Shown here piece by piece: positions 35,868 to 48,059 of a stretch of DNA of 64,000 bases. Source of the stretch: Cladosporium halotolerans (taxonomy: Eukaryota); the NCBI RefSeq assembly GCF_011745625.1, contig NW_027191459.1, forward strand, positions 372,001 through 436,000, in the 5' to 3' direction. Each line of letters begins with the position of its first letter. The first letter of the stretch is position 1. Below the pieces are notes generated by a model. The model searched no databases. It was given only the letters and a program-made list of their open reading frames with translations, and was not told the DNA's origin. The position numbers and the translations under genes are program-made.

Positions 35868-36548
35868 ACTGGGTCACGAGAGTCTGGCACCAGAGCTGAC
35901 AGTGGACGAAGGCCTACATTCGCCATATAGCCAGTCCAGATATGTATGTATGTGCCTTCCCGGAAGCCGGACTCAACACCATCCGGTAGAGCAACGATTT
36001 GAAGCTGCCAACTCCCCCACATTGTCAATTTGTGGGGTCATGCAATAGTCTAAGGTAGGTAGAGCCTGCAGTCTTGCAAGCAGGTCGGACATTCGGGCCT
36101 TACTCCTTTCCACCGCGAAAGTATAGGAAGTGTCTGATCTGCAACGTCTTCCGAATGGTGGTTAGGAAAGGCCAGAAACGCCCTAGCGCGAGAGCCTTGG
36201 GCCCCACCACTGCCGATTTGCCGCTCTGGACGGATGTAGGGTTGTGGCCGACTCCGAGTGGGGACAGGTCCCTTTTTGTTGCGTGGAGGGCAGATCGACG
36301 TGGTCAACACACGGGTATTGGAAATGATGCTCGAATCGATTTGCTGACTACCAAGGGTTGGACGAATGTCGGACTTCGGCGGCAATTTAATGTGCCCGAT
36401 TGGGCACTACCAGACAAGTAACACTCGCTTGCACGAAGCGCCTGACGTGAGTCCGCTGTTTGTGATGCAGATATCTGATTCATCTATCCGTTGTATATCT
36501 AGCCTCCGTCACGACAAAATCGATCCCTCGCCATCTACCTATGCGCGC

Positions 36549-39500
36549 TCATCGCCTTTCCACAAGTAGCAGGTGAATTGCCGCATACCCGAGCACCAAA
36601 AAAACACCACAGACAATCGAAAGACCGACAGCGTCCTGCCATAGCGCCAAGACCTGGAAGCCGAAGGATGACAGGATCGCCGAACCAGGCACTTCGATGT
36701 CGAGGCCGTACTTCTTGTCGATGAGGGACAGGTAGCGAACTTCGTTCACAATGAGGCCCTCGAAGCCGTAGTGGAAGATGGAGAGCTAGGGGATCTGTTA
36801 GCGAGAGGACAAAAGGGAGTGATGAAGATTGCAGAGACGTACCGATTGCAGCCACAGTAGAGCCTTGGGGATAGTCTCATGGTTCAGGAGGAAGCCACCA
36901 AAAAGCAGCGAGAAAAGCATGACGAGAACGCCGAGCAGGTTTGCGACGCCCTGGTTGCGCACGCAGATGCCGATGAACAGGCAGATCATAGCTGCCGCGA
37001 GATTGAAGAGCACCAGGAACAGCATGAACTTGAAGAACTCCGGTGCCGTAGGCACAAGGCCCGTCATTGGGTAGACGATGCAGCCCATGATGACGGGTGG
37101 CAGAATGCGCAAGGGGACGATGTCGAAGACGACCTTGGACAGGTAATATGCGAGAGGATTGTAGTAGCCCTTTGCACGCTCGCGGACGAAAAGAAGACGT
37201 TCTGGAGCGAAGGTCGTTAATGATGTCAAGGTAGAGAAACCGAAGAGTGCGAGCAGGAAGAAGAAGAATCCCAGGCGGTTTTGGAAGCCCTTCAAATCGT
37301 CCGTAAGGCCGTAGAACAGGAATCCGAGGAAGACCGCCAACACGATGGCGATGGCGTAGTGGGTAAGCATAAGCATAGGATTGCGGTAGAGGTTGCGCCA
37401 GGTGCGGCGAGCGAGAATGGCGAACTGAGTGTGAATGCGCGGCTTACGGTAGCCACGCACCTTATTGCTAGAGGTACCGTTAGGCGCACCAAGAGGCCCA
37501 CCATTCGAGTCAGAAGCGTTCGAGACAGCGGTCTGAATATCAGAATGCAGCTCGGACTTGACATCGGAGGCCTCGTACGAAGATACAAGCAAGTCCAAGT
37601 TGGTGTTTCCGTTGGCATCGGGAGGCAAGTCGTGCGCATCTTCATTGACGGAGGAGGCTTGAGCGTTCTGTCTCGCCATCTTGACCCACTTGTTCTTGTC
37701 CATGTCTTTGTCGAGGATGCTGTCACCATCACTCCTCAAGCTAGACGCCGTGGCAGGAGGGTTGTCAGTGTTTTTGCGTCCAAAGAGCTGTCTCTCCTGT
37801 TGTTGGCGAATGCTCGTCTTGCGCTTGCTCTTCGGTCTGGTTGCGCTTGCGATCGATCCATCTTCGATACTTGCGTTACTGATGATGCTAGGGATGCTCT
37901 TCACAGCTATAGTTGAGCTCGCCCTCGTGTTTCTACCGTCGAAGTCGTCATTGTACGGTTGACTTTCTTCCGGAATCGGATTGTCTGGCCTGCTCGCGTG
38001 CATGGTCAGGTCAACGAGGTAGTCAGCGATGTTGAAGCCGGGCGGGCAGGCGTAGCCAATGTTATCGAAGTAACTCTGACACTTGTGGAAGGGTCCGCTG
38101 TAGACTGTGCGACCTTCAGCCAGCAGCACGAGCTGGTCGAAGAGCGCTACAATGTTCGAGCGAGGCTGATGGATAGTGAAGACGACAGTACGGTTGTAAG
38201 ACTTGACGAGTGTGACCAGACATTCGATAACGTTGAACGCGTTGTACGCATCAAGACCAGATGTCGGCTCGTCCAAGAAGAGAATGCTCGGGCTCGTGAC
38301 AAGTTCGCACGCGATGCCCACTCGTCGCTTTTCACCGCCAGAGATGCCACGTCCAGAGCCTTCTTCCGATCCAATGAGTTGATGACGGATGTGGTAGATG
38401 CCCAGCTGCTTCTCGACATCTTCTACCTTCTGTGCTTTGACTGCCCAGCTCATGTCCTTCGGAAGTCGGAGCAAGGCAGAATCCATGATTGTTTCATGGA
38501 CGGTCAGAGTTGGAAGCATCGTGTCGTCCTGATCAACAAATCCAATTGCGCTGCGGAAGTCATCGTCGGAGACCTTCTCTCCGTTGACCCAGAAATCACC
38601 ATTGGCGACACCGCGCTTGTTTTTGCGAGCCAGCAGATCCAGGAAAGTCGTTTTGCCGGCTCCAGAAGCTCCCATAATGGCCATAAGCTCACCAGGGTGC
38701 ACCGCGCCAGAGATACCGGAAAGAATCTGTTTGCCTTTGAGGTAGTAAGAGACATTCTCGAAATACAGGGCGGCAGGCTTGTGATCAGCCAGCAGCTTGG
38801 CGGCGTCGTCCTCCTCTTCCTCGCCCAGCTGAATCGGGCCATAGCGTCGGGCGTTGCGGCGGGAAAGGAAGAAGACGATGAGGATAACGGCAACCACAAA
38901 CAGCGCGCATCCAGCGATGACACCCGCAATCAGAGGCGTGTTGATCTTCTTCACCGGCCGCTCGTATCCAGGCACTTCTGTCTTGTAGAGACACTCTCCG
39001 CTGCCGCATTTGAGCGTGATCGACTCGTCACCGAAGATGTTCTGAATTAGACCGTTCATAGCAGGTTCGGAGAACTTGCTTCCGTCAGAGCCAGAGCCAC
39101 CCTCGGTGCTCACAGAACTGAAACTGGCCGGTCCCTTGATCTCCTGGTCCAGGAAGTCGCCAATGTCCACACTGCCGTCCTCTCCGCACAGAAAGCGGTC
39201 CGGGATACAAGCACACTGAATGTTCTTGCACTTGTAACTTGTGGTGTTCTTTGTATCCGTTGCTTCGGCGCTCCACTCGCACTCGTCCAGACCGCAGTAG
39301 AAACTCTCCCTCTGATCAACCCAGAATTGGAAGTTGCACTCGTGGCGCTCAGCATTACAGCTGAACGTAGCTTGCGCCTTTTTCTCCTTCAATTGGTCCA
39401 AGATCTTGCGGTTCGTGATGTCGCATATCTGGTAGTTCTCGTTCACGACCAGTCCCTCACGATAGCAGACACCATCTTCGCCGCCCGGCATCATCGCGTT

Positions 39501-39899
39501 GCAAGCCTCGTTGGTCTTGCAGACGTTGCAATTTATGCCCTCCCATCCTTCATGGCACTGGCACTCCTTTCCTTCTCTTGGAAGCCTATCCTTTCCTTCA
39601 GCCAGCGAACCGCAAAGCGGCTGGCTGCAATCTTCGCCACCGAAGCCTGACGGGCAGGAGCATTTGCCGCTGCTCTTTGTGCAGTTGGCGAATTGCAGGC
39701 ATGTGAAGTCATCGAGGTTGCAGTTGAAACATGGCGGGCAGTCGTCGGGGCGGTCGCCGTAGATGGAGAGGTAGGGATCGGATGCGAAGAGGGAGTCGGT
39801 TCGGACGAAGGACTTCTGGGATCCTACGCTGACGTCGGCGAGTACCGAAGGCAGAGCCAGCAGCGACGCAAGCGCCACTGCGGTCGTTGCTCGCCACAT
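36549..39899 (-). CDS. ADP1: ABCG half-transporter with N-terminal EGF-like Cys-rich domain (intron 36786-36842)
   Basis: Signal peptide, EGF-like [12 protein letters not shown], Walker [29 protein letters not shown] and an ABC2 membrane domain. Confidence 0.95.
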
Positions 39900-40784
39900 G
39901 ATGGTGAGGCTGTGGTAATTGGCGCAGGCACCAGGCCGCGGCGGACTATGTACTTAGAAGACGGGCAGGATCCAAACGCCGTTACTGCATGTGAACAGAT
40001 GACGAGCAGGTGACGCGGAGGTTGTTGCAGCTGTTAAGCCAGGTGAGGTACCGCGAAGAAGAAGTCAGAGATCAAAAGCAAGTCAATCAGGTAGCGACAG
40101 CGGCGAAGGAGCGAGGTCAGGTGTAGGCGAGATAGAGCGAGGATGTCATGGCGGCCTTGGTATCTCCGTCCCCGCCACCGTTGCGTGGAGCTGCGCACCG
40201 ACGATCCAGCGCAGCGAGCTCAGCTTCACCTTGCAGACGCCGAGGTCCGCCACGTGGGCAACGCCAGCGAGGCTCTGTGCCATGTCATTTGCCGCTACCG
40301 CCTGTTATCGCTTTCACGATACATCTCTGGCCGCAAATGGTGAACGGTTGTACAAGAGACTATCAGGTCTTGTTTCCGCAACATGCATTCACTCGACGGC
40401 TCAAGCAAACGTGCTGCATCCTGTGACAACAGGAGCTGGGAAGCAGGATCAGGATGGTGGCTAGTACCCATCACGCCGGACACGCAAAGATTCCAATCAT
40501 GTCATCTTATAGTCTTTTCAAGCTTAAAGATGACTGTTGAAATGCAACTGGGGCCTGGCTATACGCACATGGACATCAAAGTGCCCCTACAGCATGTCGG
40601 CAAAGGGCGTACGCTAGCCAGAACGCAATGTGGAGTCTAGAAGCCGATCACCACCGCAGCCTGCCAGTCATATTCCATCTAATAATGCCCTTTGGTTATA
40701 AAGATACATAGCTATACCACTTGTCACTTGCTCTCTCAATACCAACACTTCCAATCGCTCTGAGTTTCACCAAGCAACACTACC

Positions 40785-42199
40785 ATGGCTCCCATCCCAC
40801 CTTTTGCAGTTGAACAAGTGAGCATCCTCGGTCGAATGGCACCGAAAGTGACACGATCACAGATTGGCCATTCGTTACGCTACGGGAAGCTGGCGGCAGA
40901 CGCTGACATCAGATGCAGTGGATGGACACCTACGAAACGAGCGCCAAGTACAACCTCGCAGAAACATGCTGTGCTAGCATAACTATCGACGAACTGCTCA
41001 CCCTCTCTGAAGACAAGACCGCGTCTGCAAGCTCTCTCCTCGACACATCAAAAGTTCAAGGCTATGGCGAGATTCGTGGATCTACAGAGCTTCGCAATAA
41101 CCTCAGTCGCCTCTACTCCAGCAAAGTCGGCACGCCTCTGTCACCAGAGAACATCCTCATCACGCCTGGAGCTATCGCTGCGAATCACCTGGCCTTGTAT
41201 GCTTTGGTCGGGCCGGGTGATCATGTGATCTGCCATTACCCGACATATCAGCAGTTATACTCTATCCCTGAAAGTCTCGGTGCCGAAGTCTCACTGTGGA
41301 AGTCGAAGGCGGAGAACAAATGGCTGCCCGACCTTGAAGAGCTCAAGGCACTCGTGAAGCCTAATACCAAATTGATTATCATCAAGTATGTCAAGTCACT
41401 TTTGAAAAAGCAAAGCCAGTACTGACTTCTCACTCCAGTAACCCGCAAAACCCCACCGGTGCTATCCTTCCAAAGTCTCTCCTTCATTCTTTGGCCGACT
41501 ACGCTGAGTCGAAATCCCTCCCAATCATGAGTGACGAAGTCTACCGCCCTCTCTTCCACTCCATCTCGCCCCTAGACTCCGACTTCCCACCCTCAATCCT
41601 ATCGACCGGTAAATCCCACCACACTCCCCAACACCCACCCTTTCCTAACTCAAACTCCAGGCTACGCCAACACCCTTGCCACGGGCTCCCTCAGCAAAGC
41701 CTACTCGCTCGCCGGCCTGCGCGTCGGCTGGATCGCGAGCCGCAACCGGGACTTCATCGAGACGATTGCCAAAGCCCGCGACTACACGACCATCTCCGTC
41801 AGCCAGCTAGACCAGAGCGTCGCGGCCTTTGCGCTCAGCCCAGACACCATCCACGCGCTGCTGGGGCGCAACATCCAGCTCGCGAAAACCAACCTCGAGC
41901 TCTTGGAGCGGTTTGTCATCAAGCACGATGAGTATTGCAGCTGGGTGAAGCCGAGGGCGGGCACGACTGCGTTTGTTAAATTTGAGAGGCAGGGAAGGTT
42001 GGTAGATGCGGAGGCGCTTTGTAAGGCGTTGCAGGAGAAGACGGGCGTTATGTTGTTGCCGGGTGATTGCTTTGGAGAGGAATACACGGGGTATGTGAGG
42101 TTTGGTTATGTGAATCGGGAGGAGGTTGTCAAAGAGGGGTTGGAGAAGTTGAGGCTGTTTATGAGAAAGGAGTTCGATGATTTGCCTCTTCTTGAATGA
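40785..42199 (+). CDS. PLP-dependent class I/II aminotransferase (4 exons)
   Basis: FAVEQ|WMD, YNLAETC, NNPQNPTG (spliced), SDEVYR and SLSKAYSLAGLRVGW motifs. Confidence 0.92.
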
Positions 42200-42362
42200 A
42201 GGGAGGTAGGTTCTGGAAGACGAAGAGATGCGTCACAATCTACCTGATGGAATCGGGATTTTGGGACTGCCAAAGTTCGCTGTCTTGTTCATTTGAATAT
42301 TTGACTGCTACAAAGTTCTCGACCATCAGAACGTCTGACCTCACCCCAACACCGAGTGTTTC

Positions 42363-42830
42363 TCAAGCATACGATCCCATATTGTGGTTAACAACCTCGA
42401 AATTGATACCGCACGCCGGGTCACGCACAAAAGCACCATAGTAGCCAGGATGGTACATCGGTCTCAAGCCCGGAGCACCGTTGTCTTTGCCGCCCGCTTT
42501 GATCGCTGCTTCGTAGAATTTGTCGACGAGTTCATTGCCTTGCATGTTTCAGCTTCTCTCTCATTCTCAGTAATACAAACAAGTGGACCTACTGGACGCA
42601 GAGAAAGCAGGGTGCTGTAACTGCATCACCTTTTCCAAAGTTTCAGCGTCCCCCTCGACTGCTCCGACCCAGAAGAACGGCGTTTGGTCTCCCAGGCCGA
42701 CGGAAGTGGGAATGGGCCGCATCATTTCTTTTAAGCCAAGCGGCTTGAGGGCAGCGAGTAAGAACTGTACGACATCTTCCAGCTTAGATGCCGGAACGAC
42801 GATTGCTGTGTGGTCCAGCGTGAGGGGCAT
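42363..42830 (-). CDS. Glyoxalase/VOC-family protein (2 exons)
   Basis: LDHTAIVV...H.AFSAS|SNELVDKFYEAAIKAGGKDNGAPGLRPMYHPGYYGAFVRDP.GINFEVV. Confidence 0.9.
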
Positions 42831-44056
42831 GATGAAGGCGGGAGAATGGATTGCGTATCGCTGTGGTCTTGGAGAAATGATACAATCGACTTACAGGAGC
42901 AGACAGCGAGTTGCTTTGGGGGCAACCCCTGCAGTCTTATATATACCTATTGCAGTGTTGTTACACTTGCTTGTGGCGCTTTGTAGCTTCGAGGGCTGAG
43001 CACCGCTTTCAGGCAGCCAGACGACCCCGCGAATGAAGCTCTGTTCCAGAAAGCTAAAGCGTCCCTTTGCTTCGAGGCATCGTTCCTTCGAAGATAAGTC
43101 AACACTGATTGGGAAAGTGAGGAGTTCAAAGGGCTCTAGATTCCCTTGGCGATCCAGGCAGAATCCGCAACATCAGGCAGGTGAGCTTTAGGTCACGTAT
43201 ATCAAGGGGAGCGCTCTGTAGATGGCGGTAAACTAGCTGGAGCTGGTATGCCTCCCGCCGACTGATATGATAGCATCTCAAGTGATAGTCGAACGCAACC
43301 GCTGTGCTACGTCAACGTGAAAATGGGAAGCAAACCACATCATTAAGGCAATGGAACGTGCAGTCCGGACCGTCTGGGTCCCACGACCACGATCATCGTC
43401 TTATGAGCGGACGTTGGTCTAATGGAGTTGGGGCCAGTGCAGACCTTGCGGTAGTTGCCGAATGTGATCCCGAGGGCTACTAGGGTTCTGGCCGGAGGAT
43501 CCTGAGCGCATCCCACGTGGGTTCGAAAGAGAGACAGAGACAAGGTCTGGAGCAGGTAGCGCTGCTGAGCGTAGTTGGCGACACGCGCAGACAAGAAAAG
43601 ACTAACAGGCACAGGTCGAAGCGCTCATGTTGCTAGAGCAGGTTGATGCGCGTCGCATGCTGGGCAACTTCGAGTTGCTGCTTGTGAGTAGAGAACAACG
43701 GGCATCCTTATCGACAGGATCGCTTGGCCGCGGAAACTGCCAAGGCATCAAGGAGACTGCCGATTGGCGCGCAGTCGCGCCGTGGCTCCGCTGGCCAGCG
43801 ACTTTCTTGACCTTCCGCCATCGCTGACGATCTTGCCGAGCAATGCTCTTCTGGGCAGCAGTGTTGGAGCCAAAATGCCATGACGCTGAAGTCTGCGGTG
43901 CTCTGGGCGAGGCCTTGTCGCAGCCTTATGGGGCGCCCTATTCAGGTACGATGACGCCGTGGCTCGCTGAAAGGTAGGTATTATTATCTTTCTGTTGTCG
44001 CTTTCGAATCTTGCGAGCCTTGTTGTTGGAAGGGGGTGATTTCGATTACTCTCAAC

Positions 44057-46287
44057 ATGCTTGAGCCAATTCAGGTCGCCAGTGAAGAGTACAAGCCTCT
44101 TACTGACGATGAGATCAACGCTTTCTTCGAGGATCTGGATCGGGACAACAATGGATATGTGGTCTTCGACGAATTAGAGGCAAAGCTACACGAAGTACAC
44201 AAGGAACTCGCTCCAGAGCCAAAGAAACACCACATCTTGCATCCTTCCCGGAGAGATCTGGAGAAAAATGAGAATCACAAAGGTGACGGCCTGCACGCCT
44301 TTCTGTGTCAGCTACTGCCTGAATGCGACTCCAAAATTGGCAAACATGAATTCATGACGCGAGTGAAGAAACTCAGGATACCCAGTCAGAAGCAGACCGA
44401 CAGTTCAGAGCAAGACAAAGAAGACAAGCAGAAAGAGCTAAGGTTGCCGATGCGGCGACGAATACGCGCATACTGGGCCGTCCATGGCCCTATGATATTA
44501 TTTATGACATTCGTCGTGGCATTGCAACTTGGATTTGGCCTTTGGCAGGGTTTGACCTACTTCCTTGGCCAAACGTATCGCGATGCATATGGACTGGGAG
44601 TTGGATTCGCAAAGCTGGCTGCCGGCGCGCTATACCCGACCTTGTTCTTTATGTTGTTGAGCATGAGCAGGCACTTCTCAACTTTCCTGCGGCGAAATTA
44701 CTTGATCAGTCGTTTCATCAATTGGGACCTTAGTCAAGAATTCCACATCCGCATGAGCATAGCTGGTCTTGTCCTTGCAACCATGCATGCCATTGCGCAT
44801 CTTAGTGGCACGTTAGTGCAAGGATCTCGCGCCTCTCGCCAGGACGCCGTAGCTCAAGTTCTCGGACCAGATGCAGTGCCACGCTCATATGCCTCTTACG
44901 TTCGCAGTCTTCCTGGTTGGACTGGCATCGTGGCGCTTGCCCTGTTCTGGCTCATTTCATTGTTCAGCATGCCTTTTATCAGGAGCAAGAGCTATGAGAT
45001 TTTCCAGCTCGGCCATTTGCTAATGTTTCCCATGATTGGCATGCTGTGCGCTCATGGAACTGCAATGCTTCTACAACATCCAATGCTTGGATACTGGCTA
45101 GCATTTCCAACACTGCTAGTGCTATTTGAGCGTTCCTGGCGCTTTCTTCGTGGCTTCATGAAGGTGCCAGCTAGGGTGAAAGTCCTGGATACCGATGCCG
45201 TACTCCTCACCTGCAAGCACCCAAGTGGGAAAGACTGGAAATACAGTGCTGGACAGTACATACTGCTCCAGGTACCTGAAATCTCGTTCTTTCAGTGGCA
45301 TCCGTTCACTGTATCATACTGCCGTGATGATGTACTTCACGTCCACATCAAGTTCGAGGGTGACTGGACAAAAGCGCTCAAAAACCTGCCAGAGGACCGA
45401 GACATCCGAGTTGGTATTGACGGACCGTTCGGCGCGCCAGCTCAGCGCTTCTATGACTACACTCATTCAATCATTATTGGAGGCGGCATCGGGATCACGC
45501 CGTTTTCCGCTATCCTCGCCGATCTCGAAGACCATTTTACTGGGCTTTCAGATCCTTGGGAAGAACGCCGGCAATCTCGTTCATTTCCCGTGAGCCGCAG
45601 TCGCAGCCAGTCAAGAGTACGCATCAGCGGCTCTAGACAAGGTTCGAGGTCAAGGTCTCGTCCTGCGAGCCGCCGCCCGTCGCGCCCGAGCAGCATGACT
45701 CTGGCTCCTTCGGACGAAGAAAAGCCCAACTCTGAGCAGATTCCATCCAAGCACCCCAACCCTGAGCGCCGCGTAGACTTCCATTGGACCGTCCGCGAGA
45801 AGAACAATCTCCTGTGGTTCTCTGACCTGCTCAACCGCACGAGTGAAGGCGCTCGCCCTCTAGCAGACGACGGCAACCTTGAGCTCAACATCAACACGCA
45901 CATCACCGCAAAGCGCAAGAACATCTCGACGCACGTATTCCGTTATCTGCTCGACAGCTATCGTACAGACGCAGCGCCTTATTCGGCTCTCACTGGACTA
46001 AAGCAGCCCAGCCATTTTGGTCGCCCGGACTTCGACGACATCCTAGAGAGGCATTTCCAGGACATGGTAGATGCGGGTATCACTGAGAAGAAAGTCGGCG
46101 TCTTCGTGAGTAGTGTCTGATGCAGGTTTTTGAGATGTACACCTGCTGACTTGGCTTTCCAACGTAGTATTGCGGCACCCCGGTTGTCGGCGAAATTCTA
46201 TCTGATCGTTGTCACCTGCTTACTGCGAAAGCACGCGACATGGGGATGCGGATTAAGTACGATTTCATGATGGAGGTGTTCGGTTGA
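44057..46287 (+). CDS. noxC: EF-hand-containing NADPH oxidase (NoxC/Nox3, NOX5-like; intron 46106-46167)
   Basis: EF hand DRDNNGYVVFDE; heme His pairs; FAD motif QWHPFT; DGPFG and GGGIGITPF; spliced VGVF|YCG; terminal EVF. Confidence 0.88.
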
Positions 46288-46865
46288 TGATATCTGCGGT
46301 CTGGCTCGGCCAACGCTATGATGAACGATTGAGTATCCTTCGCCCACTCAGAGAGTGAGGTCCATGAGGTTTTTTAATAAAGACATTCTATCTAGATTTC
46401 TCTATTCTCCGGAAGAAAAAGGAATTGCTGGTGCTGCTTTTTTGTAATCGGCTGTCGAGGCTGAATTGTTATATGGAGAAGTGAGGATGTTGACTTCGAT
46501 GGAGCGCGTCGTAGTCCTCCAAAGCCTGCAAATTTCGGACACGCGAGGGATGTATGTACTATTGTGCACTGGATCATCATATGATTTTCAATACAAGACC
46601 CATGGACCGTCAAAGCCACCAGACTGACTAGTGAGGTGAATCTGAGTCTACGAGAAGCATCTTCCTCAACGCCGACCACCGTGTACCCGATATCATTCCT
46701 CGGACCAAAAGTGTGGCCGGACGTCGTCCCTCTGTGACTCCTTTCAAAGGTGACATTTAGGTGATGGTGAATTTTCAGCTTTATTGTACAAGTACTTCAT
46801 ACACACTGAGACACAGATTGCCTGCAGCGAGCAACGCGCGATATTCTCGCACAAGTTACCCGCAC

Positions 46866-47783
46866 TCAAAAGTTGTCGGTGTCCATCTTGCCGCCGGTAA
46901 GCGCCTCCGCAATCCTCCTGACTCTTTCCTGGTTGATTGCAATGTACCCTCCTGCGCTCTCGATCGCCTTCGAGCTGCGTGCATTGTTGGCGCGGTTGAG
47001 CATGTCCTGCACGCTCTGAGGTTTGCCAGTCTCCCAGATGCTCATACCTTCACCACGGTCGCCGAAGGTGACGGGGAAGTCATTGGTTCCAAAAGCGTTT
47101 TCGACAGCCTCATCAAGCTGTTTGGGAGTGACAATGAAATTGCGGGCATGGGAGTAGAGGGTGTTGACGGAGTCGAGACGTTCGGCAGTGCGGGTGGCCT
47201 CGAACGCAGCACTACGCTCGCGCTTGAGAGCTAGGCGAGTCTGGCGTGAGGGGTCAGGCACCTGGCCGTGATAGAGGGCGTCAAGATCGAGGCCATGGGA
47301 TGGTGTTGTCAGGCGCTCGTCTTCGCGCTCAGGGCGGGAGAGAAGTTCGTCCTGCTCCCTGTACTTCTCGGCTTGTGCCGTTTCCATTCTCCTCCGTGTC
47401 TTCTGTTGCCGATCCTTGAGTTCCCTCACACCTTCCCTCAGGTTACGCTTGCGTTGCTCAGCCATCCTGGCTTTCCACGCCTCTCTGCTGCCCTTCTCAG
47501 GGTCGCGCTGCCTTTCCGCGGCCTTCGTCTTCCTGGCGAGAGCCTCTTCGCTGGATTGGTCTCCTGCACCCTTTCCGCCAAAGACATCGCGAGGTACGGG
47601 AAGGACACCCTTCATCCATTTGTGCTGTGGTGCGTTTTGTTGCGGCGGCTCCGGGAAGTTAATGTAGCGAGGGTGCTCAGGGCCGACTGATGCGCGCCCA
47701 GCAGTAGAAGTAAAGGTCCGCTGACTGCATGATGGGCACTTCCAGGCGCGCAAAGGCGTCGACAAAGCGGTTCGAGGAGGCAT
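46866..47783 (-). CDS. Probable mitochondrial small-subunit ribosomal protein mS26
   Basis: Presequence-like N-terminus (RTFTST); GPEHPRYINFPEPPQ, KGVLPVPRDVF, WKARMAE..KRNLREG and LY..ARNFI motifs recalled from fungal mS26; ATG at 47783. Confidence 0.7.
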   Translation of the reverse strand: MPPRTALSTPLRAWKCPSCSQRTFTSTAGRASVGPEHPRYINFPEPPQQNAPQHKWMKGVLPVPRDVFGGKGAGDQSSEEALARKTKAAERQRDPEKGSREAWKARMAEQRKRNLREGVRELKDRQQKTRRRMETAQAEKYREQDELLSRPEREDERLTTPSHGLDLDALYHGQVPDPSRQTRLALKRERSAAFEATRTAERLDSVNTLYSHARNFIVTPKQLDEAVENAFGTNDFPVTFGDRGEGMSIWETGKPQSVQDMLNRANNARSSKAIESAGGYIAINQERVRRIAEALTGGKMDTDNF

Positions 47784-48059
47784 GGTGTTTTGGCGGATGG
47801 AGTGATATCGCAGAGCGTATTTCCCTTTCGGGCTCGCAAGCGCTGCTGGGAGTCGGCTTGGTCTGCGGCGTTGTCGGGAGTGAGCGCAGCATGCGGCTTG
47901 GCACAACTTCCGCTTTCTCAAGCACGGACGCTTGGAAGAAATAAATCCTCAAAGCCTCGGCGATCTGCAACTTCTTCCACGCGAGACATCAGGCAATCTT
48001 TGCCTTTTTCTCCCGCAAACTACACCTTCTCCCCACACAGGCACGACACAGCCGTAGCC

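Noticed and set aside
37959..39050. 363-aa + strand ORF
   Set aside because: Antisense shadow of ADP1 with a non-ATG start
34221..42830. P450 + ABC transporter + aminotransferase + glyoxalase as a secondary-metabolite cluster
   Set aside because: No PKS, NRPS or terpene backbone gene, and ADP1 is a conserved housekeeping-type gene
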